Below are positions 1-10,728 of a stretch of 64,000 nucleotides of DNA, piece by piece (position 1 is the first letter of the stretch; the number at the start of each line of letters is the position of its first letter). The notes beneath the pieces are model-generated. The model saw nothing but the letters and a program-made list of their open reading frames with translations, was not told the origin of the DNA and did no database searches. The position numbers and the translations under genes were made by a program. The stretch is from a virus (taxonomy: Duplodnaviria; Caudoviricetes): the IMG/VR virus record IMGVR_UViG_3300031992_000012, positions 141,082-205,081 of that record; one strand, given 5' to 3'.

Positions 1-192
1 CGAAAGCCTTACTCCGTCGACGATAAGCCTGACGGCGGCCGCCGGAACAGGACGCTACCTCGCAGTGGCGGAAACCGGATGGGACGTCGACGCGGGAGGC
101 GATGGATGGATACGGCTCTCGGCCGACGGTTCGTCCGCCGAGGACATGAATATGATTAGTTTCGGGGTCAAGCTCGAATCCGTGGAGAACGA

Positions 193-1212
193 ATGATAAC
201 CGAGAACGTCCTTAAGGAATGGTATTCGGAGAACGCCTCAAGGCGCTTCCCCCTGGCCACGCCCGTGCCTGTTTCAGGCACTCGCCCCAGCGGTCTGGAC
301 GACAATGGAAAGGCCCTTCCAAACGCCTTGCTTGTCGGCATGCAGCTAACCGTTCCACGGACGATGCTTGCGACGCGCGACCTGGGCTCCGGGCTTCCTT
401 ACGACTCGCTGGCCAATACATACTGCATATATCTCAGCCGTGTCGTAATATCGCTGACACGGGTCGAACTGCTGTTCACCACGGTGTCCGGCGAGGACAT
501 AGCCACGGCCGTCTGGACTCCGGAAACGGAGATAGCCGGCCTGCCTGTGCATGGCGTGCCTATAACGCCCCTCCGTACCGACGACCCGAACATAGGCATA
601 AACAACGTGTTCGGGTACGTTTTCCTCGGCCCGGACTCCATGTGGTCCGCCCACACCGGAATCTACACGTATTCTGACGCCAACATCTACAACAGCATGG
701 TGTCGGAGTCTGTCATAGCCGTGGACGACGCCAACAGGGTAACAGGTCTTATCGTCAACGGCGAGAAGATGATTGGCGACATAACCTTCGTGGCGGGCGA
801 GAATGTGAAATTCAGCGTGGACACCGACAGCAACGAGTTCAAAGTTGACTTCGCGGGCGACCTGGACGACACGGGCATACAGAACCGCGAGGAGCTTATA
901 GAGGCCATAAAGGAGACTTACGGCGACCCCGTCATGTCGATTGACGGCGTTTTCGCCGACGGGGACGGCGAGTATACCATAGAGCCTGCCGACGAGTGCA
1001 TACACATATCCGCCGTTCAGCACGGCATAACGATAACGGCCGGATGCGGCGACAGTTGCTGCGACCGCTCCGTTATCAGCGGACTCTCCGGAAACGTCCA
1101 GGAACTTAATGTCAAAGTAGCCAGAATAGGAAGCTTCCAGCGGTCCGTGGCCGCCGCTGTCAACGCGCTTCAGAACGAACTGGCCTATCTGAAGATGGTG
1201 GCCAACCAATAA
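193..1212 (+). CDS. putative virion structural (baseplate/tail-associated) protein
   Basis: 339-aa ORF in a tightly coupled + strand run; beta-rich, acidic, C-terminal Cys cluster and coiled coil; function inferred from context only. Confidence 0.55.
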   Translation: MITENVLKEWYSENASRRFPLATPVPVSGTRPSGLDDNGKALPNALLVGMQLTVPRTMLATRDLGSGLPYDSLANTYCIYLSRVVISLTRVELLFTTVSGEDIATAVWTPETEIAGLPVHGVPITPLRTDDPNIGINNVFGYVFLGPDSMWSAHTGIYTYSDANIYNSMVSESVIAVDDANRVTGLIVNGEKMIGDITFVAGENVKFSVDTDSNEFKVDFAGDLDDTGIQNREELIEAIKETYGDPVMSIDGVFADGDGEYTIEPADECIHISAVQHGITITAGCGDSCCDRSVISGLSGNVQELNVKVARIGSFQRSVAAAVNALQNELAYLKMVANQ

Positions 1213-2948
1213 TGCCTACTTTCACTGTTAGAAATTCAGACGGCCAATTCACCTGGCATCCTATCGGGGACGTCAGGCTGAACGACAACTCGCTCGTGGA
1301 GTACGAGGTTGATCCCGTCAACAAGGCCGTCACGGTAAAATGCGCCGTGGAGGACGGGTACAAGAGCAAACTGTACCAGACGGAGTACGATTGCGTCGTA
1401 GCCCACAGCACGACAGAGGTAACTCCAATCGACTCTGCCGTGTCCGTGGATTTCACGCATTACGACACCGTTGTCGTCAGCAGCGCCGGCGGAACGTCGA
1501 ACGTAAAGCTTCCCGTCGACAGCCCGGGAAACCCGGACGGGTACTGGGTTGCCCAGATAAACAAGGTGAAACCGCTCAAGGGATGCCTTGACATAATAGG
1601 CGGCGACAGACTACGCTGGGAGGCAACCGGAAACGGCCTGTCCATCACCGACGTGTCACGCCCCTCCTTGGACTGTGTCGACTATGTTCGCGTGGCCGGG
1701 TACATAGCCTGCATAGAGGACAGTCTAAACGAGCTGGCTGCACAGTTGGCCGCTGAACCCGGAACAGTGGTGGACGAGCAGGAGATGTATGGCCTGTTCA
1801 TGCAGTACCAGTCCATGAGAAATCTCTGGAATTATCTGGTAATAAGAAACATGATTGCCTTTACCTCGGTATACCAGGGCGACACGGCGTATGTCCAGAG
1901 CAGGCTTACCAACAACACCGGTTCGGATTTGCATGTCGGCGACATAAAAATCGACTTCCCGACGGAAGGCATACCCGCCACCGGAGGTGAACGGGATTTG
2001 GACGCGACCTATGTCAGGTACACGTTTACGCAGAAGAATTCGTCCGGCCCGCAGCCAGCCTTCACCATGATTAACGGCGAGCGCCAGCCAATGGCCGGGG
2101 CGAGCTTCAAGCTGGAGGGTCCGGAGGGAGGTGTGACAATACCTCCTGGAGACTCCTGCGAGCTGACTGTCCAGTTCAAGGTCAGCGCCACCATTTCAGC
2201 CAACGACCCGATTGCTGTCGACGTGCAGCATCGTGACACGCCTTGGGCCGGGCAGTGGCCTACGTTCTCGAACGGAAAGATTGTCAAGCCGGGTCGGCTG
2301 AGCTACTACAATACGCACTTCAACCCTACGACCTACGGCTCCGTTACCCCCGCCAGCGTGCCTCCTGTCGGAGACGGCTGCGCCCTTCGTATGGCCCCGG
2401 GCACGGCTACTGTCGCCTGGAACGCCCAGGGACTGGCGAGATGCGTGCTCAGGCCTGAAGTCTACATAGGACTCACTTGCACGGCGGACGCCACAACGTC
2501 GGATTTCACATCCAATTTCAGCGGCGTAGTCGACTGCAACGATACAAGCGAGGGAACGTACTCCCTTTCATTCACGGCCACCACATGCTCGCTCATGCTT
2601 ACACCGGCCAGTGGAGGTGCGGCTTTCGAGGTTCTTGTCATAACGATGACAAACCGCCATTTCCATGAGGGCGACGGCATAGCTGTCGCCCTTCCCAAGA
2701 CCTGGTCCACTGCTTTCGCCGAGGCTGTACAGACAGGGCTGAACATCCCGGTTGAATGCACATGGGAGCTTCCCGCCAGCGAGGTGCTGCCTTCCAACTC
2801 CGAGGCCGGCAGTACGAAGATGCTGTTCATACCGCCGGAAGCGGTGGACAACAACAGCATGATAAAGCGAATCAAGCTTGACAGCCAGATGTACAAAGTC
2901 GACTCCGTTCGTGGCATCGACGTGTACGGCCAGACAGTAGAGGTGTAG
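1212..2948 (+). CDS. putative virion structural protein
   Basis: 578-aa ORF coupled to the previous gene (TAATG overlap); Thr/Ser/Gly-rich beta-type composition. Confidence 0.55.
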   Translation: MPTFTVRNSDGQFTWHPIGDVRLNDNSLVEYEVDPVNKAVTVKCAVEDGYKSKLYQTEYDCVVAHSTTEVTPIDSAVSVDFTHYDTVVVSSAGGTSNVKLPVDSPGNPDGYWVAQINKVKPLKGCLDIIGGDRLRWEATGNGLSITDVSRPSLDCVDYVRVAGYIACIEDSLNELAAQLAAEPGTVVDEQEMYGLFMQYQSMRNLWNYLVIRNMIAFTSVYQGDTAYVQSRLTNNTGSDLHVGDIKIDFPTEGIPATGGERDLDATYVRYTFTQKNSSGPQPAFTMINGERQPMAGASFKLEGPEGGVTIPPGDSCELTVQFKVSATISANDPIAVDVQHRDTPWAGQWPTFSNGKIVKPGRLSYYNTHFNPTTYGSVTPASVPPVGDGCALRMAPGTATVAWNAQGLARCVLRPEVYIGLTCTADATTSDFTSNFSGVVDCNDTSEGTYSLSFTATTCSLMLTPASGGAAFEVLVITMTNRHFHEGDGIAVALPKTWSTAFAEAVQTGLNIPVECTWELPASEVLPSNSEAGSTKMLFIPPEAVDNNSMIKRIKLDSQMYKVDSVRGIDVYGQTVEV

Positions 2949-2950
2949 CG

Positions 2951-3976
2951 ATGACGTTCATATTGGACAGACTTGATTCTCCAACCTGGCCTTTCGACAC
3001 GCCGATGGACGGTTTTCCGACTACGCTGTTCTGCGACGCCAACATAGTGTCCGCCGACAGGTGCGTGGTCACGTCCGTTCTTGTCGGTAACGGAGTAGTG
3101 TACGTCCAGGCGACATCATACCTGAACAACAATCCGGTAACACTTCACTCGAACGCGACAGGACTGGAGAGGGGAGGAAAGGTCTACCTGTACGACGATG
3201 ACGACAACTGTTTCGGTTGGCTTCTTATGGGATGGCCCCTGCCCGAGGCTTATACGGCCGACGGGATAAGCAGGGAGCTGTGCCGTTCCACATGCACCCC
3301 GTTCGGAGAGGTTCAATCGGTTAACCCTTCCGGAATGACAGGCGATTGGATGGTGGAAGGGCTCGACGGAATAGAGGTGACCCATGAGAACTCGGGCGGG
3401 ACAATGGTGATAAAATTCGACACGGACGAATCGTACTTCAATGTCCCTTCAGGCGACGAAGTTGATTACGGAAACGGAATAGGCATATACGCCATAAACA
3501 ACCAGCCAGGCCCGACCGTAGCCTTCGACATGGACGGGAACGGTGACATGTTCGCTGTCACCGCGACCGAGGACGGAGAGGAAGTACTCAAGGAAATAGT
3601 ACTCATCCCTGACATGTTTCTGGAGTATCCTTATTCCCCGCCGGGCACCGACCCCACGGAGGTCGTGGACAGGGAGGTGCGGACAATACAGTTCAGCGGA
3701 CCCACGCTTATCGGGGGCGACATAAACCACATACGCTGGAGCGGCTGGTATCTTCAGTACGAAGGCGCGTTCCTAGTAAGCACGCCCGAGTTCGGAGGGT
3801 ATGTCGATCTGAATGCTTACCCGACTGGAATCTACGGCCCGTCGCTTTACATAAAATGGCCCGCGTGCGTGCGAAGGGATTATGTAAGAAGCATAATAAA
3901 GACGTCTACCGAGGACGGGAGCTCCATTCCGTATCCTCTGGACAAGGTTCTGAACGACGATGGCTCAGGTAATTAA
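2951..3976 (+). CDS. hypothetical protein (structural module)
   Basis: 341-aa acidic ORF starting 2 nt after the previous stop. Confidence 0.55.
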   Translation: MTFILDRLDSPTWPFDTPMDGFPTTLFCDANIVSADRCVVTSVLVGNGVVYVQATSYLNNNPVTLHSNATGLERGGKVYLYDDDDNCFGWLLMGWPLPEAYTADGISRELCRSTCTPFGEVQSVNPSGMTGDWMVEGLDGIEVTHENSGGTMVIKFDTDESYFNVPSGDEVDYGNGIGIYAINNQPGPTVAFDMDGNGDMFAVTATEDGEEVLKEIVLIPDMFLEYPYSPPGTDPTEVVDREVRTIQFSGPTLIGGDINHIRWSGWYLQYEGAFLVSTPEFGGYVDLNAYPTGIYGPSLYIKWPACVRRDYVRSIIKTSTEDGSSIPYPLDKVLNDDGSGN

Positions 3977-4646
3977 CAAAAATTTCAAGGACTGGTCGGC
4001 CGGTAGGAAGTACCCGTTCGACGAGGAATGCGACCTCACCTGCACCGACGGCCGCCGTCTTCCCCTGTCCTATTTTGTAGACGCCGTCATCTATCCGGCG
4101 CTCGACGGGACGTTCGACATTACCCGCATAGACGCGGAAGGAATGGTCATATCGTCAACCAACTGGGAGGGCGAAGCGCTTTTCTCGAGCTACCAGAACG
4201 GCTGGATGCCTGTTATAAGAAGGGGAAGCATAGTGGGGAGCATAGTCCTTAACGACAACGACTACGCCTATGTCCTGGGGCTCGCGTCCGTTCACCCGAT
4301 GACGTTCCGCACCGGTCACCTTCGCTTCACCCCCGGTGTTGTGCGCTCCTTCTGTAAAAGGACGGAGAATCTCGAGGAGAAGCCTACATTCTTCGGCGAG
4401 GAAGTCGAGACGCTTGACGCCTCGCTTGACTCGGAGCGTTTCACCGTTCTCCAGGACTACACTGTGGACCTCGACCTGACCGTGACGGCCTACACGGTTC
4501 ATCAGCCGATAACGCATATATCGGTAAAGGGAGCAACATACGCCCTCGGCAAGAACGGCCATTTCATGATACGCACGCCAATATGGTGCGACGACCCGTT
4601 CATTTCCACAGGTGACGGCATTATACTGCACAGGAGGGGCGCATGA
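3960..4646 (+). CDS. hypothetical protein (structural module)
   Basis: 228 aa; N-terminal W-S-x-x-R-K-Y-P-F resembles the N-terminus of ORF 193 (WYSENASRRFPL). Confidence 0.55.
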   Translation: MAQVINKNFKDWSAGRKYPFDEECDLTCTDGRRLPLSYFVDAVIYPALDGTFDITRIDAEGMVISSTNWEGEALFSSYQNGWMPVIRRGSIVGSIVLNDNDYAYVLGLASVHPMTFRTGHLRFTPGVVRSFCKRTENLEEKPTFFGEEVETLDASLDSERFTVLQDYTVDLDLTVTAYTVHQPITHISVKGATYALGKNGHFMIRTPIWCDDPFISTGDGIILHRRGA

Positions 4647-5266
4647 CGTTTCAGCCAATGGACGTGCCGGTCTATGACATAGACTGGCCAATGCTTGAAG
4701 GCAAAGTCGTCGGACTGCACGACATAAAAGTCGTGGTGTACCGCCGGCCATCCGGGGCGCAGGTTCCCTGCGACGTCATCGTGACATCCGCATCCGCCGG
4801 CTCGCTTACCATAGCTTTGGCGGCAAGAGGCACGGGCACGCCGTACCAGGGCACGTACATGACAATGACCGGGCTGACAGGCACGGGCATATCAAGCGGA
4901 TTCGACAACGGATTCATGAGGGTCGACGTCACGACAGACGGACGCACGCTGTCGAAGGAAAGCGGAAACCTCAGAATAATGCCTACGTGCGTGTTCTGGC
5001 TATGCCCCGCACGCGAGGTGTTCGACCCGTCCAAGCTCCCTGTCCCCCACGAGGGGTGGACAAGGGAGGACGACTACGTCAACCGTAAAATCACCTACCG
5101 TGCCGACGAGACTACCACCACTCCGCCTACACCGAATAAATTAATGATGATAAACGGGCTCTCCCCTACAAATCTGACTATAATGTCCAACGGCGTTGCG
5201 GACATAGTCAGCGGCGGAGGCACTATAACTATTTCACCCTACACCAGAGACGATGAACAACAGTAG
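4643..5266 (+). CDS. hypothetical protein (structural module)
   Basis: 207 aa, ATGA-coupled to the previous gene. Confidence 0.5.
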   Translation: MTFQPMDVPVYDIDWPMLEGKVVGLHDIKVVVYRRPSGAQVPCDVIVTSASAGSLTIALAARGTGTPYQGTYMTMTGLTGTGISSGFDNGFMRVDVTTDGRTLSKESGNLRIMPTCVFWLCPAREVFDPSKLPVPHEGWTREDDYVNRKITYRADETTTTPPTPNKLMMINGLSPTNLTIMSNGVADIVSGGGTITISPYTRDDEQQ

Positions 5267-5921
5267 TTGGGAAAGTTGTCATGTTGATATAGACCAGCCG
5301 GGATTCTATGTATCAGACATAAGTGTCCTCGGGAGCGAGGTCACGCCCCTGATGGAGGACAGCCTGATACGCACGCTCCCGGAAGAGGTGGTCGTGTGGG
5401 ACTCCAAAATCGAGTACTACCCTGTATTCAGCGACGTTAGCTGGTCCGCGAAACCACCGGCGATATTCAACCCGGACCCGTACGATGGTGACGACCAGGA
5501 CCTCTACGACCCGGAGATAAGCTTGGGCATCCCGTTCCCGACGTCCATATACAACCCGTCGGTGAACGTCGAATTCCCTGGAGGGTTCCTGCGTCCGCCG
5601 ACTCCGAAAATAGAGTACCAGGTGAACCCGTACATGCCCCCGCTTAACCTCGACATACCTCCGCTCAGCCTTCCCGACATAAGCATTCCGTACCTGGCCC
5701 TTCCCGATCTTGACATAACAAACATCATCAGAAACGTTAAAGGACTGCGCACGGTAGAAATCAGCTTTCTCGGACCGTGCCTCGCTGCATCCAACAATTT
5801 CGACAGCACGTCCACGACCGAGACCATATTGGTGTCCTGGAACGCTCCGTCAACTGGCAGATACGCCCTGTTCTCCTCCAACGGGCAGTGCTACTGGCAG
5901 CCCATAAACGTCTGTCCTTAA
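5253..5921 (+). CDS. Pro-rich hypothetical protein
   Basis: 222 aa, overlapping start, last gene of the + strand run. Confidence 0.5.
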   Translation: MNNSSWESCHVDIDQPGFYVSDISVLGSEVTPLMEDSLIRTLPEEVVVWDSKIEYYPVFSDVSWSAKPPAIFNPDPYDGDDQDLYDPEISLGIPFPTSIYNPSVNVEFPGGFLRPPTPKIEYQVNPYMPPLNLDIPPLSLPDISIPYLALPDLDITNIIRNVKGLRTVEISFLGPCLAASNNFDSTSTTETILVSWNAPSTGRYALFSSNGQCYWQPINVCP

Positions 5922-6550
5922 AGATGTGACCGCCAGGTGTTTATATCCTCTACCAGGTGCGGGTATAAAAGCTTTCCGCGCGTGGTATAGGTCAGGATGT
6001 CAAGTTCAGGCTGCCCTGTCATGTCCTGCTCCTTCTCGAAGCAGGCGTCGACGCCGACGAATTTCGGCATCGGCGACCCAAGGTCCTTGTAGATGAACGG
6101 CGCCCCTTCCGTGCACGTCGCCTTTATCCTCATGAACGGACAGCTTTCGTCCGACTTCTTTATCGAGACGGGTCCGATTATCTCGCTCGGCGCGTTCTCA
6201 AGACTGTCCTCCATGAAAGTCATTAGGTCGACAAGCTTTGTCCTGCGCTCATCCAAGGTTCGCAGAAACTCCTTCATCCGGTATTCGTTGGAGAACATGA
6301 AGGAGGCCTTCCTGTCCCGGTACATTCCATGCGGCCTTTCTGGTGCTCCGAACTTGTACTCGACAAGCGAACATGGGTTGGCGAATGTCTCAAAGGCGGG
6401 AGGCGCCTTCCTGTTAAGCAGATTGGTCTTGGCGTGCAGAAGGAAGAAGCCGGGGTCGTCGAAACCTTCGCAGGCCGACACCCATACGTTAAGACGCCAT
6501 TTATTGAGCGCCACATGTTCCTGGGTATTGTCGAGTGTTATCGAATACAT
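5918..6550 (-). CDS. hypothetical protein
   Basis: 210-aa ORF convergent with the + strand run. Confidence 0.55.
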   Translation of the reverse strand: MYSITLDNTQEHVALNKWRLNVWVSACEGFDDPGFFLLHAKTNLLNRKAPPAFETFANPCSLVEYKFGAPERPHGMYRDRKASFMFSNEYRMKEFLRTLDERRTKLVDLMTFMEDSLENAPSEIIGPVSIKKSDESCPFMRIKATCTEGAPFIYKDLGSPMPKFVGVDACFEKEQDMTGQPELDILTYTTRGKLLYPHLVEDINTWRSHL

Positions 6551-6559
6551 CTGATTGTC

Positions 6560-6877
6560 CTATAGATAGAAAGATTCCGTGCCCATTATAAAACGACAGC
6601 GTGGAACGACAGACAGGCGCATTATCCGTTTCACGCTCTCCCTGACACTCTCGCGCATTTCCGGGGAAGCGGTGTTAAGCGCCCGGAACAGATGCGGGTA
6701 CTGCATCGTGGCCTCGACCTTCTGCTTGCACTTCCAGCATTTCGGAGGTCTTGCGTTCCTTGCATAGTTTGTTGCCAACGCGGCCACAGAAGGGTCGCCT
6801 AGCAGCCATCGGTAATTCGACGGGGTCACTGTTATTTCTGGGGTCATTCGCTTTTTCCTCAAGCGTTCTGCACGCAA
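6560..6877 (-). CDS. small hypothetical protein with CxxC (start may be the internal MTPEITV)
   Basis: ORF track; CWKC motif; in line with neighbouring minus-strand genes. Confidence 0.4.
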   Translation of the reverse strand: MRAERLRKKRMTPEITVTPSNYRWLLGDPSVAALATNYARNARPPKCWKCKQKVEATMQYPHLFRALNTASPEMRESVRESVKRIMRLSVVPRCRFIMGTESFYL

Positions 6878-7553
6878 TATATAGATTTTCCGGAAGCACG
6901 CCGCCCGTCGTGTCCAGCCAGGCGTTCACCTTTGTCCCGTGGCTTTCAAGCACATTCTTGAGACTCCTGGCGCCCAGGCATATGACATGCCTGTCGTAGA
7001 ATGTCAGGTCCGGCACCGGGGATTTCTTAATCGAGCCATGGCATGACGACCATGTCACGTCCGGCAGCCTTCCTTCCGCCCGCCAGTAAGCCTCCATGAC
7101 ACGTACGGCCGTCTTCGGGGAGTCGCAGGCGAATACTGTATCACGGTATTCGTTATGCAGCCATGTATGGAACAGCCGCATCGAGGACCGTGGCCGCCCT
7201 GTCGAGTCGCAGTCCAGCCATACCGGCTTGACGCCGTCGTGGTTCGGGCGGTATTCGACCAGCATCCGCTTCCCCGGAAGGGTTCCGTCGAACAATAAGA
7301 TACCCTCGCGCATGGCCACCCGGCCCTTAAGCAAATCCACGGGAAACCCGGTGTCCATGAAGGCGTTTCTCTTAAGCCATTTTTCAACGTCGTTCCTGCA
7401 CCTCCCCCACCACCAGTCGCTGAACCAGGGTCCGATGCGTTTTGTCTTGGCGTTTGTCCACCCGCACCTTAGACAAAAAAGGACGCAGGGTTTAATTTTG
7501 CAGGGAACGACTGTATATTCTTTTTTGCAGAAAGGACATTTCAGGTACAGCAT
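6675..7553 (-). CDS. zinc-ribbon protein
   Basis: N-terminal CPFC...CLRC zinc ribbon. Confidence 0.5.
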   Translation of the reverse strand: MLYLKCPFCKKEYTVVPCKIKPCVLFCLRCGWTNAKTKRIGPWFSDWWWGRCRNDVEKWLKRNAFMDTGFPVDLLKGRVAMREGILLFDGTLPGKRMLVEYRPNHDGVKPVWLDCDSTGRPRSSMRLFHTWLHNEYRDTVFACDSPKTAVRVMEAYWRAEGRLPDVTWSSCHGSIKKSPVPDLTFYDRHVICLGARSLKNVLESHGTKVNAWLDTTGGVLPENLYIACRTLEEKANDPRNNSDPVELPMAARRPFCGRVGNKLCKERKTSEMLEVQAEGRGHDAVPASVPGA

Positions 7554-7572
7554 TCAGGATTATTCCGTAATA

Positions 7573-8580
7573 ATGAGAAACGCCTATAACGACAGTTCCG
7601 CCCTGAGGCATGAGGAGATTTGCCGCCTCTACGGGCTTGATCCGACAGTCCATAATATAAAGGAAGCGGACGACTCTCCAAAGGCCCGCCATTTCGGGTG
7701 GCCGGCGGCCGAACGCTATCCCATTGACACACCGGAGAGGACAAGGCTCTCCTGGGCGTACGCCAGCGAGGACGCCACGGGCCCCATGCGCGACAGCATC
7801 CTCGGCGCAATCAAGAAAGCCGCCGATTTCTGGGGTATCGAGCTCCCCGTCCGCAAGGAGGAGGAGAAAGAGAAGTCCTATGTCATCAAAATCAGCGGGG
7901 AAGGCTGGTCCGACAGCTACGAAGTACGCAACCCGACGGAATTGAAGGCAATCGCGGAGCATGTCCGCAAGAACGCTTCCGACTTCTCTTATGACACCAA
8001 GCTACAGTTCGCCGACGGCATCGTCTCGGCTCCCCGTTTCCTCAAGGAAAGGCTGGACGATGAGGACGTCAACTGGCTCCGTCGTGTCCGTGGTGAATTC
8101 CTTACCGACGGAAACTGCGTGAAAAAGGCCTGCGACGCCCGTGCACGCCATATCGAGGACTGCAAGAAGCCCGAATTGGGTAAAATCATCCGTGATTTGG
8201 GTACGAAAGCGGCCAGCATGAGCGAAATGACTCCTGAATTGGTGCGTAAAGCCGCCTCCGCGTTCGATTTTGTCGACCGCGTGTGCGGTTTGACGCCTTT
8301 GTACGGCTCCAAAATGCTTAATTACCCGGAAATGTCCATTGAAGGCATGACTCCGGAAGCCCTGAAGTTCGCAACCGACAACGCGGTGTTCACTCCTACC
8401 GGTCGTATGACCTCCAGGACCAGGATTGCCGTCCGTCGTAATGACATCAACGCGTTTTTCAGCAAGGTTTCCGGCGAGGACACCAGCAAGCTGGACATAA
8501 ACGGCATCGTCACCCGCATGCACCGTATGACGCCTGTGGAAGCCGACGCCTTCGAGGCGCTTCTGGGGGACAAGCTCTGA
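7573..8580 (+). CDS. hypothetical phage protein
   Basis: Start moved to ATG 7573 (MRNAYND) because the upstream part of the ORF overlaps a minus-strand gene; contains RYPIDTPER. Confidence 0.6.
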   Translation: MRNAYNDSSALRHEEICRLYGLDPTVHNIKEADDSPKARHFGWPAAERYPIDTPERTRLSWAYASEDATGPMRDSILGAIKKAADFWGIELPVRKEEEKEKSYVIKISGEGWSDSYEVRNPTELKAIAEHVRKNASDFSYDTKLQFADGIVSAPRFLKERLDDEDVNWLRRVRGEFLTDGNCVKKACDARARHIEDCKKPELGKIIRDLGTKAASMSEMTPELVRKAASAFDFVDRVCGLTPLYGSKMLNYPEMSIEGMTPEALKFATDNAVFTPTGRMTSRTRIAVRRNDINAFFSKVSGEDTSKLDINGIVTRMHRMTPVEADAFEALLGDKL

Positions 8581-8581
8581 T

Positions 8582-9241
8582 ATGCGCAAACTCGATCTTT
8601 GGCAGAGCGACGAGGCGTTTGGTTCCTCCCTTCTTATTGCCTGCCTGGACGACTGGGGCTCCGAGTTCCTGAACTGGGAACCCGAGACCATGGAGATAAC
8701 GGTAAGGGAGAAGTACGGGAAAGACGTACGGGACGACAACATCCTGCGTCTTCTGGCGGCTGTCTCCGTGTTTACCTCCGAACTTTTCTATGTTGACCTG
8801 AACGCTTTCTGCGCAGCCTGCACGGTTCTGGATTTTGAACGTACATCTGTCGACAAATTCGTCCCGGCAGGGCTCGACGAGATAATGTGGGGGCTTACTG
8901 AGGCCCGCATGTTGCTCGGCGGGATAGACCAGAGGAAGTTTTCCGACGAGGTGGCCCTCTACACGGGCAAATTGCTTGAGGAGGAGGGCATCGAAAACCC
9001 GCCCGATGCGTTAAAGTATGCGAAGCGAGTCATGCAGGGCACCTCGGCGGACACGCTCGCCGACCTACCGGACCTGGCGCAGATGTTCCAGGAGGACCAG
9101 GAACTAACCAAGGAAGAGCTAGACCGTGGTGCCATGGAAAAGCTAGCAAGACTCCTTGACCAGATAAACGAACTCAAGCTGGACACATCCGACCTCTCTG
9201 AGTTCAAGGAAATGCTGAACCGGATGAAGGAAGGAAAATGA
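8582..9241 (+). CDS. hypothetical protein
   Basis: 219 aa, coupled to neighbours. Confidence 0.65.
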   Translation: MRKLDLWQSDEAFGSSLLIACLDDWGSEFLNWEPETMEITVREKYGKDVRDDNILRLLAAVSVFTSELFYVDLNAFCAACTVLDFERTSVDKFVPAGLDEIMWGLTEARMLLGGIDQRKFSDEVALYTGKLLEEEGIENPPDALKYAKRVMQGTSADTLADLPDLAQMFQEDQELTKEELDRGAMEKLARLLDQINELKLDTSDLSEFKEMLNRMKEGK

Positions 9242-9609
9242 GCCAGCCAGGGATGCAGATGATACCAGGTCAGCGGCCCGACCCGCTGGCGCAAGGCGAC
9301 TACCTGATGGACGGCGCCGGGCCTTTCGCAATGGCGGATGCAATGGCCGCCCAACAGGCGGAAGGCGGGCAGACAGCCGACCAGCAGGAGGCCGAAAAGC
9401 AGATTCTCGACCGTTTGAAGCAGGAGCAGGAGCGTCTGGGCAACTCCAACAAGATTAAGGAAATGTCCCTTAAACTTGTCGAGGAGATGCAGAAGGCGCA
9501 GGAGCTCGAAGCGAGGATGCAGGAGCACCCGGAAGTCGAGGATATGGTAATGCAGCTTCTTCAGGAACAGGACCAAGAAGATAACACAGAAGGAACGATT
9601 GAACAATGA
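9238..9609 (+). CDS. Gln/Glu-rich coiled-coil protein
   Basis: 123 aa, ATGA overlaps at both ends. Confidence 0.6.
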   Translation: MSQPGMQMIPGQRPDPLAQGDYLMDGAGPFAMADAMAAQQAEGGQTADQQEAEKQILDRLKQEQERLGNSNKIKEMSLKLVEEMQKAQELEARMQEHPEVEDMVMQLLQEQDQEDNTEGTIEQ

Positions 9610-10058
9610 ACGAGTTTTTCAATTTGGCGGCCAAAATCGCCTATGACAACAGAATCGCGGCCAAGGAAGCCGGTGAAAAGTGGGACAAAATCAAGGCCGC
9701 TGCCAGCAAGGCGGGAGAAAAGGCCAAGACCATCGCCAAAAACCCGCATTTCCAAAAGGGCGCTGCATCAGTGGCTGCCGGAACAACTGCCGGTGTAGCC
9801 GGAAAAATGCTTGGAATGAGTGGTAAGGGTGCTCTCGGTCTAGGTGCCGGCGTTGCTGCTGGTACTGAAGCGGGTCTCGAAGGCGGTCCTGCGCTTGTAA
9901 AAGCGATCAAAGACCGTATTAATAGTAAGAAATCCAAAGTCGACCCGACTCTGGGATTGAGAAAGGTTGAAGGAACAAATCTGACTACACACAAGGACTA
10001 CTTGGCGCCGGAAGCGAAGAAAGAAAAAAGACCCGGGCCTTTTAAAGAAAACCTTTAA
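9606..10058 (+). CDS. basic Gly/Ala-rich protein
   Basis: 150 aa with a Gly-zipper-like hydrophobic stretch; followed by a terminator. Confidence 0.55.
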   Translation: MNEFFNLAAKIAYDNRIAAKEAGEKWDKIKAAASKAGEKAKTIAKNPHFQKGAASVAAGTTAGVAGKMLGMSGKGALGLGAGVAAGTEAGLEGGPALVKAIKDRINSKKSKVDPTLGLRKVEGTNLTTHKDYLAPEAKKEKRPGPFKENL

Positions 10059-10071
10059 TAAGATGTAATAG

Positions 10072-10106
10072 AGCCCCCGGAGATTACTTCGGGGGCTTTA
10101 CTTTTT
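10072..10106 (+). terminator. intrinsic terminator
   Basis: agcccccg...cgggggct stem followed by a T-rich tract, between convergent genes. Confidence 0.7.
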
Positions 10107-10167
10107 ACAACGCGTTGGAAAATTGCCAAAATTGGCCGATTTTTGACCGAAAAATTGCCAAAAACGC

Positions 10168-10728
10168 CTATTCTTCTGATTTCGCGGCGTTTATAACCTT
10201 CTTATCGCGTTCTATTTGCGCTTTTTGAGCCTTTTTCTGGGCTTCGACGGCCGCTTCGACCTCTTTTTGGGCCAGTTCACTCTTGTTCATGGCCTCGTAA
10301 AGCTTTCTTTCTATCTCGATCAGCATCTCGCTGACCGATTTTTGGTCTTTCAGAGGCACTTTTTTGAGAACATAGCGCATCCGCATGAGTCTCGCGGCCA
10401 TTTCCTCGTACGTGAAGAACACGGAATCGCGTAAATCCGTCACAGAGGGCTTCAAATAGACCACAAAACCGATGCCGGTGTCCTCGATTGAGCGGATTCT
10501 GGTGTACTCCTGCTCCACCGAGCCCGTTTCTCTGGCGACGGAATCACCTTTAAGAGCCTCGTTTTGGGCAATTTCAGACGATCTGACCGTCTTTTTGCCG
10601 TCAGCACCAAGAATTTGCATGTAAAATCCTCCTTTTTGGCCTGAAAAGGCCCTTATTTCCAGTTTTCCCTGTTGTCGTAACGCGAAATAAGCGAGCCGAG
10701 TGACGGTCTGCGCTGATTTATGTACCAA
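10168..10728 (-). CDS. hypothetical protein downstream of terminase (true start probably MQILGAD)
   Basis: ORF track; C-terminal coiled coil. Confidence 0.5.
   Translation of the reverse strand: MVHKSAQTVTRLAYFALRQQGKLEIRAFSGQKGGFYMQILGADGKKTVRSSEIAQNEALKGDSVARETGSVEQEYTRIRSIEDTGIGFVVYLKPSVTDLRDSVFFTYEEMAARLMRMRYVLKKVPLKDQKSVSEMLIEIERKLYEAMNKSELAQKEVEAAVEAQKKAQKAQIERDKKVINAAKSEE

Noticed and set aside
7096-7572. N-terminal 159 aa of ORF 7096-8580
   Set aside because: Antisense to the zinc-ribbon gene; ATG 7573 is the more plausible start
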